From: Bugula neritina
Taxonomy: Eukaryota > Animalia > Bryozoa
Assembly: GCA_964035545.1 (NCBI GenBank)
Contig: OZ037773.1
Location: 6,105,751-6,169,750, forward strand
Length of the DNA: 64,000 nt
Direction: 5' to 3'
Shown one piece after another: positions 25,226-36,811 of this stretch (within the stretch, counting starts at the first letter, position 1; each line of letters opens with the position of its first letter). A model generated the notes under the pieces. The model did not search any database. It was not told the DNA's origin and saw nothing but the letters and a program-made list of their open reading frames with translations. The position numbers and the translations under genes were made by a program.

Positions 25226-28200
25226 TCAGCTGTTGAGTTCCTGCTTAAGATTATAATCGTCAGGGTGATAGAGATCAGCTAGCAGTCTGTAGATGTACGG
25301 AGGGGCATAACCACCACTACAATAAAATGACATCCAATAAGATTGCAAATCAATACTGTATTGGTATTCAGTATTCGCATATAACTGCTGACTAGGGTAG
25401 ATGATATGATATGTCAAAGAGAACACAACTTTCGCGTCTCATAGTCAATTAGTTGCAGTGGTATAAAGTTGCTATACTTTGAAGGTCCTAGTTCTATATC
25501 TGCATTTACTCTTTGAATAAAGCTTTTTATTACAGAAACTCATGGATGAATTCTTTCAGTTTTCTTGTCAAACTAAAACTGCATTTTAAAACTGTGCAGT
25601 TATTTCTCTTGTAGGTAGCAAGTTGTCAATTGTGTTGCAATATTCTCAAAGAGAACATCAAAGCATATGTCTACTTTATACAAATTATAACGTATAATTT
25701 GTAAGTGCAATATGTGAGTACAACGCCTTAAACTTGTATATTTGAGCAGTTAAAAGCAATTACTTACATGTAATCGGAAGTGTATTTCACCCAAACGCTT
25801 ACATATTCATAAAGTAGATCACCTAAATACTTACATGTTCATAAAGTAGGTCACCTAAATACTTACATGTTCATAAAGCAGATCACTTAAATACTTGCAT
25901 ATTCCTAAAGTACATGTAGGTCACCTAAACACTTACATGTTGGTAGCGTACGTTGAGACTAGGTCGGGAGGTACGTAGTCATATAGCGGACAGGAAACAC
26001 TGACTCTATTTATTATCTCCCCCGAGTTGTAGGGAAGGACGTGGTGGGGAGAGATGGTCTGGTTAAACTTATCCTGGTCGTAGGAGCTGAGGTATTGGGG
26101 AGTCAGCTTGTACATGGGGGCCAGCACTATTAGCTGAATGTGAAGAGAAATATATACATTGTTAATCAACTTGTCTAGTTGGTATTATACATAGCAATAT
26201 GTGCACATAATGCACGTTATAGCTATTAGCTCGTTCGATTTTTTATTCTTTTTTTATATTTAGTCTAAACTCTAACATCTAACGTGTTAAAAGAAATTGC
26301 ATATAATTTAAACAGAAAAGATTTGCTGACAAGACGCTATGGTGTACTGATGATAATGTTTACAGGTTTGAAGCAAGTGTTATGGTTTGAGTGAAGGACT
26401 TAATACCTACAACTAATGATATTATACTCGTACAAGGAATGGCCGATGAAATAGCTGAAAAGGTTACTGAGTGGCAAGTGCAAAGGATACACTGTAACAT
26501 ACACACTCTACAACATGCTAAGTTAAATCATGCCTACTACTCGTAACGATGAAAGGCAACAGAATCAAACAACAGGAAATGTTACTCAAGAGAGTGAAAT
26601 AAACTTAGAGGAATTGTGGGTAGAGACTAACCGGAACTGAGTAATGTTTGGCAGCAAGAGCGAGTGTGTGAGTCCCACTAGATGCCTTCAACCTACAATC
26701 AGTGCATATAGCCAGTATACTATATAGCCAATAATAATACAGTCAATCGCTGCGTTTCTATTGCTTGAAATGGATGTTAGTACGGATGGATATGTGGTTG
26801 CAGTTTGCATGAACTTATGGTTTCATTCTATGCAACTGTTTCCAAACGTCGAATGAAAAATCAATTTGCATATAAAAACACAATGAGTATATACATAAAT
26901 GCTTCATATTCCAACACATGGATGATGAAATGTACTGGTCAGAGTGAAAGTTATAATGAAACCATGTCTCTCCAAGTATAGACTACAATATAGAACATAA
27001 TAACTGGTGTGTCGTAGTACATATTATAATACAGACAGTACACACTGCTATAAGATGCTTTAGCTTATCTCACATTCAAATAGTTGGTGGATTCTTTTTA
27101 GAGAATGCATAGATAGTATTCAGGCACAACTAAATAGCTAAAGAGTTTGCTAGTTAGACAGTATTTGCTAATATTCAGCATACTGTGATCATATTAATAC
27201 AAGTGGTGATAACTCCAGTAGATATGTTATTAAGTTTTGCTATATAAAAACAATATTTTAGAGGAGTCACACACATCAACGATCTATTCCACACACATCA
27301 ATGATCTCTTTAATATACTCACCCTCCGTCGGCCATGACTGAATTTGTGCCAATGATGACTTTATTACACCGTGACATCATAGCAAATACGGCAGCATCA
27401 CTGACCACTGTAGTCTTTATATCAGCTTCTGTCAGCGCTTTAGCCAGTTCATGACCCTAGAAGTAATATAACCATTATATAATACTATAACATACACGCA
27501 TATACTAATATACATTCAAATGTGTATGTATTATATATTAAATGGATCATCTTACTTCACATAGTACACTCTAGCAAACTAAAGCAAAAAGTAAAATTGG
27601 CTTAAAATTCCAAATACATATCGGAAAAAATACTAAGGAAAAGGTCTGCAACACTAAAGCCCAGATAAAAACACAGGCATATGAAATGCACAAGTTTACA
27701 GAGCAAGATCGGCTATAATTAAATGTTATTTGTCTTCTATTATGACTATCGGGGATTGAAATAATTTGTATCGCATTTAAGATCTCGATTAGAAGTCGTG
27801 TTATTTCCAGATTAAAAACTTAATTTCATAAAACTATCAAATAAATCGAGGTGACCCAAAATGACGCTACATATTAACCGATGATTCCTTATGAGTTCAC
27901 AAGTTCATAAGGTATCTTATAAACCTATGGAAGTGTACATAAGATATTATTTGAGCTGAGATAAGACAAGATGACATCCAAGCGCTCAGGCTAAGAAATT
28001 TCACAACCTAGAGCCAAAGCTATGAACTTACACGGTAGTTGGGAAAGCTTTCTGCTATAATGACTTGGAATTTTCTTTTCTTGTTTACTGCAGTCTACAA
28101 GTGTAACCATGACAACTGTAGCAAGCTATATAAACTAGAGTAGACAAAATCAACATCATTATTACAAAGTACAATGTTTTTACTTGACAAAAACTACCTA

Positions 28201-31200
28201 CACCATATGTAATGCACAGCCTACAGCACGTACAATCTAAAACTAAGCATTAAGTAAGTATGAAGTCAACTAGATTACAAGTAAATAACCCCACGGCATC
28301 TGTTCAAAGTATCCACCCCTGTGAGAACCCCTAGAAGTAAGCTAATGACTCTGTATGGTGTGATACAAAAAGCAATTACGACTGGATGCTATTTATGACA
28401 TCACCAATGGCCTTTGTCAAGATTTGAGCCCTTTACCCAGCACACACTAGGTCATCACTTTAACTATTAGACCACTGCTCATCTTTCACACATGTATAAA
28501 CTCGTGAATATAGACTATAAAAAACTCAGTCTGTGTCAATCATCTGACAATCAATGTGCTGAATAGCAGGGTGCTGACACCTCAGTCAGTGGTGAGAAAG
28601 TCATGACTGACTGAGATATCAGAAGGTGTCAGCCATTAGAAAGTCATGACTGACTGAGATATCAGAGGGTGTCAGCCATTAGAAAGTCATGACTGACTGA
28701 GATATCAGAAGGTGTCAGTCAGTAGAAAGTCATGACTGACTGAGATATCAGAGGGTGTCAGCCATTAGAAAGTCATGGCTGACTGAGATATCAGAAGGTG
28801 TCAGTCAGTAGAAAGTCATATGCTAAAACAGCATTAAAACTTTTCACCAACAACTTATAGTCATCATCATATTACTAAAAAAGTAAATAACTTATATATT
28901 TATAAATATATCATAAAAAGTGTTTTACAATAAATACAATAGACCTTTCTGGAAATGTAAATAGAATATGCTTATGGGTTTCACCTTGAAAAATCGTTCC
29001 ACCAGTCTAGAGTTGCCTAACGTCATAATCACTTCATTATTTTGTATATGTTCGAGGGAGTTTGCACAGACTATCTCAGCGCTAAAATTCATATAGACAT
29101 TGTAACACACAGCACTGACAGAGTAGATAGAGTTGTGTATAGAATGTGTCATGTGACCAATAAATGATATTCATAAATGAATACTTCACAACAACTCTTT
29201 GGTTTCTATGGTAGAAATTTATGCACCAATCATTAAAATAATTATTGAACAGCATACAGCACTATATAAAATATTATTATCAATAAATATAATTTAATCT
29301 GTAAATATAATGTGACCAATAAATATGATAATAAAATCAATAAATTTATAACAATATAATTTTTAATTTAATTCAGTCAATAAATATAATCCAATAAATA
29401 GAAGTGTGGTTATCAAAATATTTATACATAACCAATTTTTTATAATGAAATTCAGGTTGACACAAAACGTAGTCATAAACCTTAACTAGAAGTTAGAGGA
29501 AAGTAGGGGCAGACACACCTGGTCTCCAACTCTGACAGCAGTTCACACATTGAGTCTATAACCGACTCCTTCAGATTCTCCTTGGGCTGATTATATTCTT
29601 CCTCGTCGTCGTCAGCTAACAGCAGTTTCTGTGTAACAACAGAGATAGATACGATATATTGCTTACTTACATTATCTGCTCTACACACCACTACCAGCTC
29701 AACTATGGTACTATACTGGAGCATCCATCAGCTTTGAAATAGCAAAATAATGCCCCAAATTAAAGTTGAAAAAAGTTAATATCTGCCGCAATATATTAGC
29801 TATAGATTACTGAAACTGAATTACTTAACTGGGAGTTGTCTTACACTATGTAATTACATTTTAGGTACTGGAAACTGTTCTATTTGTTGTATTACAACTT
29901 AGAATTATTAATACATCATTATATTACATCAGCTGGTAATTTTACCGTAAGCTGTGAATAAAGAGCTAATATTAGAAAATAATGAGCAGCCGTGGCCTAG
30001 GGGTTAGAGTGTTTGCTTAGTAAACACAAAGTCACAGTAAAGGCTGTTGGTGATGTTAGGAAGAGCATCCAGTCATAATTGCTCCTGTGCCTCATCTTAA
30101 TAAGTCCTTAGCCTGATTTAACAAAAAAACTTCCCATCAGGGGTTTCTAACAGGAATGGTGACTATAAACATGCGTGAGATTTTTAGAAAATAGTAAATA
30201 GCTGTTGGCAAGCTGCTATTGAGTTCTTAACTTATAGCCTGATAGTATATTCCTAAGTACCGCAGGTAAGAATGCTGATATATTCAGCAATGTACATAGC
30301 ATTTACCTGCAGAGACTCTTGCGTGTCTCTTTCATCAGTCTTCTCCTTTCCACTACCAGTTGATAAAAGAGTAACAATGAGCATCATTTTGCAGCTATAC
30401 AGGTTCGAACACTCAAACATCGAAATGAATAAAATTACAATAATATCGTATGCACTTATTAGCACACTATTAGCCTAGGTACTAGTCAGTAGTGGTTTCC
30501 ATGTAGATATAAATTAATATTAAAAGGCAATGACAGTATTTTATACAGCAAATACAGGATCTCATCAATCCCTTAGCATCTGGTACACAGTCAATGTTAT
30601 AACTGTGAGAGAACATTTGAAACCCAGGTTCTATGAATTACTGACAGCAAGTCTACAAGGGTGCGCCCCCCCCCCCCGCCCCTACCTTGAACAGGTCATA
30701 AATCTGCGTGATATAGGAAAATAATTAATGATTCAATTACCTGGAAAAGTGTTCATCTTTTATAATCTTCATAACTACAAACAAACCAATAGTTACAGTG
30801 ACAGCATTGAAAGAATAGAATAAGAGTGTTTCTAGTTCTACATACTCTATGATTTATATAGTTTTTACTTACACAATATACACGATACTATTTATTTATA
30901 TAACATATATTTACACTATATACTCTATACAAATGTTTCATATAACATTCATGCACACTATCTGAAAGATAACCTATTTATATGGATGTTATGGTAGCGT
31001 GCAAGCAACTTGATTTTTAACCTGCAAGTAAAACTTAATTAGAAAAGTTCTTGAACTAAAACTTCAAATTTCATGAAATTCCAGTGGAATTTAGGCATAC
31101 ACAGAGCACCGCCCCCCCCCCCCAACATAGACTGACAGAGATTCCCTAGCAAACGGCTAAGATTGATAAACCCACCTCTCCTAATCATATTACCAACAGA

Positions 31201-32059
31201 AGACTCTCTTTGACCTTTCAATAACCTTGCGCTCTGCTCCTTGACTAGATCTAAGGCTTCCCTGCAAACAGATTGTAGTATTTAGCATTATAAGACTAAG
31301 TATAAAGTTGTAATTGATACACTCATTAGTACAACAAGATTAAGATTAAATTATAAATAATATTAGAGATTTTACCAGCAGTAATTAGTATGTTCAACTT
31401 TCAAAAAACAGGGAAAACATTTACAAAATTAATAACACGGCCAAAAAAGTCTAACTGAAAACAAAAACCGATGTGTACATAGCAGGTAACTAGTGGTTAT
31501 CAGTCGGATTACCGAGCTTTCTCCCATTGGCTGTCGGAGATTTTTTGACGGAGATATTTTACGGTCTGGTATGCTGCTTCGAAGGAGCCTAGCTGGTCAC
31601 TGGAACAAGAAAAGTCGGTTACAATTGAACTGTGCTGATTCACAGCAGTAATATGCAAGTTTTCATCAATATAATGAACATGGGTATGATAATTTTTTTA
31701 GTTCATGAGTAACTACCAAATTGACTTTGAGTCTGAATGCGCATCTGCTATGTCATTTTGAATTGAATATGACAAACTGTGCTTATTCTCAATTTAAGAG
31801 AGTAACATCACTAAAATAGCACCTTAATACTTATATAGATAATTTATCATACTTTTCTATATAAACAGCAATACTAAACTGGAAACTGCAATACTTATCA
31901 AACATATAATAATGTGTTGATAAAACGATCTACAATGATAGATCACAATAATTGAAAAGAGTATAAAAGTTAAAAGAAGTATCACCTTTGCTCCATCTTC
32001 TTTAAAAATTTTAAAGCTTCATCCTGAGACATATCTTCTTGTGATGCTAGTAACTCCAT
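25226..32059 (-). CDS. EIF2B2: Translation initiation factor eIF2B subunit beta, 12 coding exons, ~359 aa
   Basis: Exons 32059-31986, 31599-31513, 31261-31176, 30774-30741, 30352-30307, 29628-29519, 29081-28985, 28094-28032, 27456-27323, 26692-26632, 26133-25937, 25316-25226. Motifs [77 protein letters not shown]. Confidence 0.97.
25798..25940. repeat. ~32-bp tandem repeat containing copies of the EIF2B2 exon-11 donor site
   Basis: Unit CTTACATGTTCATAAAGTAGGTCACCTAAATA, ~4.5 copies, the first overlapping the real donor. Confidence 0.85.
28300..28480 (-). mobile_element. tRNA-derived SINE family, copy 1
   Basis: Reverse complement starts GAGCAGTGGTCTAATAGTTA (A-box-like) and carries the core TTGGTGATGTCATAAATAGCATCCAGT shared with the other copies. 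Confidence 0.6.
28595..28820. repeat. 43-bp minisatellite, ~5.3 copies, in EIF2B2 intron
   Basis: Unit AGAAAGTCATGACTGACTGAGATATCAGAAGGTGTCAGCCATT; no spacers. Confidence 0.95.
29984..30170 (+). mobile_element. tRNA-derived SINE family, copy 2
   Basis: GAGCAGCCGTGGCCTAGGGGTTAGAGTG (A-box-like) and core TTGGTGATGTTAGGAAGAGCATCCAGTCATAA. Confidence 0.65.
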
Positions 32060-32579
32060 TCTTAATCAGAATATATTTGTTGCACACTCACACCGCAGTG
32101 TGTTCATTCACTTTATGCTAGAGAGACAACAAGGCTAGATTGTAGGTCTACCAGAAAACTTTTAAACCTTTTACACATACAGCTGTACATAATAAGTACA
32201 ACTATAAGTCAAGATGTTGAGTTGCTGCTAAGTGCAAGTGCAGCTAAAATCATAACTACAAGCACAACTTCAAGCAAAAGTATACAATTAGGATTACCAC
32301 GGCTTAATAATGTTTATTATAATGTAAATCTAACCTAATCGAAATACAAAATCAAGTTCAATCAGAAATGACTGTGACAACTTTGAAAACCTAAGTAAAA
32401 AATGTTTGAAACAGAAAAGGCAAGATGAAAGTTCAAAATACTGTTAAAACTAACTAACTAACATTTTTAGTTGAAAATAAACTTAAACTAAAAGATTGGT
32501 GCTGAAATACTGAATCTAAGAGTAAGACTAATAGATGTGTAAGAAAAGCTTAATTAAAATTAAAATAAAAACTAAAAGC

Positions 32580-33080
32580 TTAAAGTTAATACTAATAGAG
32601 TAAATCAGTAATAGTAATACTAATACTAATAGTGTCTATTAATTCAATCAATTAAATTCAATATATCTAGTCTATAAGTAAAATATGTTATATTACTATG
32701 ACTATGAGTATGAGTATGACTATGAGTATCAGCATGAGTATGACTGTAAGCATTACTATTAAAGTATGAGTATGAGTATCACTATCACGTTCAAGTTGAA
32801 GCTCAACTTCAAGTATGAACTTGAAGTATCATCATGAAGTCATGATCATGATCATCATCATGATCATCATGCCCTTGCCAAGCCCAATGCAAGTGTCATA
32901 AACTAAAACTATAGCAATAGCATTTTTGATTGCAAATCCCATATTCATGTTGAATGAATAATTGCTATTCACTATTATCAAATCCATTACTTTTACTAAT
33001 GGTAATACTAATATTACTACTAGTACTACAATTATATATAGCAACATACTCATACTGATATTGATAATGTTACAGTGAAT
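32580..33080. repeat. Degenerate hexamer-periodic tract in presumed first intron of EIF2B2
   Basis: ACTATG AGTATG AGTATG ACTATG AGTATC AGCATG.., AAGTTG AAGCTC AACTTC.., ATCATG ATCATC..; starts ~70 nt after a strong minus-strand donor AT|GTGAGT at 33151. Confidence 0.8.
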
Positions 33081-33909
33081 GACATAATAAATTTTCATTC
33101 GACAACGTGCCCATTTATTACACATGGCATTGATCTCTTTAGTGTACTCACATTCGTTCAATTTGTATTTATAAAGAGAACAGGGAGGCACCTTTTAGCG
33201 ATCAACTCTAGAGGGACAACTCCATTAAATCTAAGCAATAATTAATTGTTGTAAATAAATTATCACCTCAATAATGATTGATACAACATCCCATCCCTCT
33301 GAACTTTCATTGCTACATGGCAATTATTGATTTCCAATTAACTAAAATTTTAGCTTAAGTGTGTTGCCAAAGTTCAATATCTTGTGCACTAAACTCGGTC
33401 TACATTTTGTCATAATAAAGCAGAATATTTTTTCCATTTCATAGCCACACTAAAAGTTTTAGCACAATAATTGGTATATAATTCTGAAATGAAGCTGCAT
33501 TGGAAATTAGTTTTTGTGCAATAATAAAATTAATGTTACTATTAAAAACCTTGAAGTCATAAAGACCTGGTTTTTTAACAAGTTTATTGGTTTGCATGTA
33601 TTTATATATTCATCACACAGTATCTCCACATTAGCTGATAAATTAAATTACATAAATGTATGTGTAGGTTAAGAAAAGTATGGCAAGAAATATCATAACT
33701 TCTTATTTTGAATAAGAAGTACAGCTGACTGAGCAAAAACATTAAGTGAAAGTACAAACTGGAAGTATTGTTACAATATCATTTAATTAGCAAGCTATTA
33801 AAATTTTAAGGATTGAGTTCCCCCAAACTATTAGGATTTAATCCATGTATGAAAAAGCTAATAATTATTGAAAAATGGTGCGGGTGGGAGTGAGCTATTT
33901 CGTTTCCAT

Positions 33910-36573
33910 TCAGTTTGCTTTCATTGCTCTGTGAAGCAATTTTTCCTTTTTTCTGCTTGCTTTCTTTAGAGACTTTTTTTCGCTTAGACGATTAAATTTT
34001 CTTTTGTTGGCTTGTTTTGAATCGATAGGAGTTGTGCTCTCAACTTTAAAGCTTTTTTGGAGTCGTCTTTTGTTTCCCTTGCGTTTATTTACCAGGAGCT
34101 TTGGGCTAACAGTCGACTGATGAGTAGACAACTCCACAGCAGAAGATGGAATCTCGCAGTCACCCCGGTGGTTCACACGGATTTTTTCATCTGATGTACA
34201 GGAAGCCACTTTTAAATGACATCTGCCAATAGGAAAACGCCTTATGATAACATACAGTTCATAACAAAGTTATATATAATTTTACTGTGTGGACAGTACT
34301 GCAAAATTTCAACAATCTTCTATGCAGAATTTTCAGGGTTTACCTGGAACCAAATTGTTGCTAAATTTTCTGCTTGACTTTCTATTCAAACTTACGTTAT
34401 GCATAATGAGCTAATGCATCATTTATAAAATATATTATATGCTAAGTAATGTATATAATATTGATATAGTGTGCACGTGTGTGTGTGTGTGCACGTGTGT
34501 GTGTGCACGTGTGTGTGTGCACGTGTGTGTGTGCACGTGTGTGTGTGCGCGCGTGTGTGTGTGCGCGCGTGTGTGTGTGCGCGCGTGCGTGTGTGCGCGC
34601 GTGCGCGTGTGCGCGCGTGCGCGCGTGCGCGCGTGCGCGCGTGCGCGCGTGCGCGCGTGTGCGTGTGTGCGTGTGTGCGTGTGTGCGTGTGTGCGTGTGT
34701 GCGTGTGTGCGTGTGTGCGTGTGTGCGTGTGTGCGTGTGTGTGTGTGTGTCTGTTTGTGTGTGGTATGTGTGGCGTGTGCACGTGTGTGCTAAAAAGTTT
34801 GTCAAATAACTTCCTGTTTGGATGAGATAATAGACTTGAAGCATAAATAGACTGGGCCTACCGTGAAGGGTAGGTCACCCCATCTGACCCGCACACTCTC
34901 TGTTTCTTTCCAGCTCCACGGCTAACAAACTGCTTACAGAGATCAACAGAAGGACATCTGCACACAGGCAGACCTTGGATGTTGAGAACACACATCTTTT
35001 TCTTGGGACACACCATCTCTCCACAGACTTCATCTAGAATATTCTTTCAGTTTTACATTTAAACATAGATTCAGCTATATAATATTATAAGTTCTATAAA
35101 CTTCAGATAGATGCTCAAGTTTAAACATAGACTCAGCTATACTTAGTTGCAGGCGAGTAATATTATGGCTATAAAAATTATGAAGATAAAAGCTAAAACT
35201 GTGTGCTCTGAGGCTATGTTTGTCTTTATTATGATTTACAGCTAAGTAAATTGTCATGGGCTGTAGATAGTTAAGTTTAACAATTTGAGTTTGAGGGCTG
35301 ACAATTCCTTATTCAGTTTTTAATTTAATATTGTGTAATAACAGTCATACTGTAGTACAGCCATTTATCACAGGACTAAAGTTAAAATAGTGAAACCAGA
35401 GATATTTATACGCTACATGTGTGAATGTATAATATGCAAAGAAGCAGCTACATGCTGAAATTAAAGCCACCCATGTACTTTAAGAACAAAGGCTAGCCAT
35501 TCTTTTACAACTATAAAATAATTAGCATATTTTCTCACACCCAACACAACAGTTGTTGAACCAAACCAGCTGCTTACACCAGTAAGTAAAATTCTATAAA
35601 TACATAACCAAAATAGTTTTACTGGTCATTAAATTACTAATATGCATACTAAATACTCCATATTTACATTGCACAATGCAGCTTATCATAATATTTTTAC
35701 CATAATTTACACAACTTTCACAGTTTATTAGGTTGTATTATAAACAATTAGTTCAATTTGTTTTAAATAGCTGAGGTAAAAAAAAGTTTATCAGCCAGCT
35801 GTATAATTTTCCATGAATATTAAATAACTGTAACCAAAAATATCGTAGCCTATGTCTGAACATATCTGTCAATAGAAAAGTGTCTTGTCCTTTGTTAATT
35901 TTCATGCTGCTAACAAAATTGGTAGGGGCGTTACTCACTCACCCCGTTTATCTGGAGATATGGTGGTAGTAACTGGTCTAATGTCACATTTCTTGCAGCA
36001 GCCACATCTATAGGTGACGATATACTGTTGTGCTGGACACTGACTCAGCTGTAGAAGGTCAAAGAATTCATACAGTACACTGATAATAATATGAAGAGTC
36101 TCTAAAACTGATTATTATAATGGGTGTTCAAATACTTACTTCTATTGTAACTTACTCCTGCTATCTAATTATTTATCATTTTGCTACTTCCACTTAAATA
36201 AACTTACATGGGTTTATAGTCGCCATTCCTGTAAGAAACCCTTTTTCAAGTAAGCTAAGGAATTATTTTCTATATTGTGACACAACAGCCATTATGACAT
36301 CACCATCCCCTTTGATAAGTATTTACCCCTATTGTGACTTACTCTTGTAATCTGAATATACTTACTCCTATTGTTACTATCTAAATACTTACCCCAATTG
36401 CTACTTACTTTTGCCATCTGAAAACTTACCCCTATTGGTCCTACGTTTGGACACTTTTCGGGCTCACAAATCTCTGGACAAACTTCATTGGTCGCGGAGT
36501 CTCGGAGCCTAGCGAGAGCACACCTGGATATCAGCAACAGCAGACAGGAAGTGAGAACTGCGTGGTGCCACAT
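33910..36573 (-). CDS. Secreted protein: signal peptide, partial IGFBP-like Cys module, follistatin (FOLN+Kazal) domain, Lys/Arg-rich tail; 4 exons, 244 aa
   Basis: Exons 36573-36430, 36048-35943, 35033-34862, 34222-33910 in phase. CPEICEPEKCP..RCGCCKKC; CGEMVCPKKKMCVLNIQGLPVCRC..VCGSDGVTYPSRCHLKVASC..HRGDC. Confidence 0.85.
34469..34790. repeat. Compound (GT)n/(GC)n alternating purine-pyrimidine microsatellite
   Basis: Directly visible; source of five spurious ORFs. Confidence 0.97.
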
Positions 36574-36656
36574 TTTCAATGAAGTCTCCAGCTAACACCT
36601 TAAAGTAATAAAGCTTTGATTCCACAATTCATGAGAGAACAACTCTATAACCTCTT

Positions 36657-36811
36657 TAAGTGCAGTAGTTAAGAAATTGAGATAGCCTAAGTTCTTCAAT
36701 TTTTTTAATAAATTTTGCCTTGGATTGAAAATGTTGTGAGAAAATAACTTTTGGTGCTACATTTCTAATCTAGAACACAGGCTTTTCACAATTTCTCCAT
36801 TACTGTACCTA
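36657..36811. mobile_element. ~160-bp MITE family, copy 2
   Basis: AAGTGCAGTAGTTAAGAAATTG ... CAATTTCTCCATTACTGTACCT. Confidence 0.7.

Noticed and set aside
28595-28820. CRISPR-like appearance of the 43-, 37-, 24- and 20-bp repeats
   Set aside because: Units are directly adjacent with no unique spacers, there are no cas genes, and the context is eukaryotic.
12376-33200. General trans-splicing explanation for acceptors just before most ATGs
   Set aside because: Good upstream cis donors exist for NAA30 (16265) and EIF2B2 (33151), so ordinary 5' UTR introns suffice; the idea is kept only for the two orphans.
34419-34844. ORFs rich in HT/RA/CV (also 10440-10736, 50769-51305, 51771-52081, 58669-59043)
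   Set aside because: Translations of microsatellites or minisatellites in introns or intergenic DNA.
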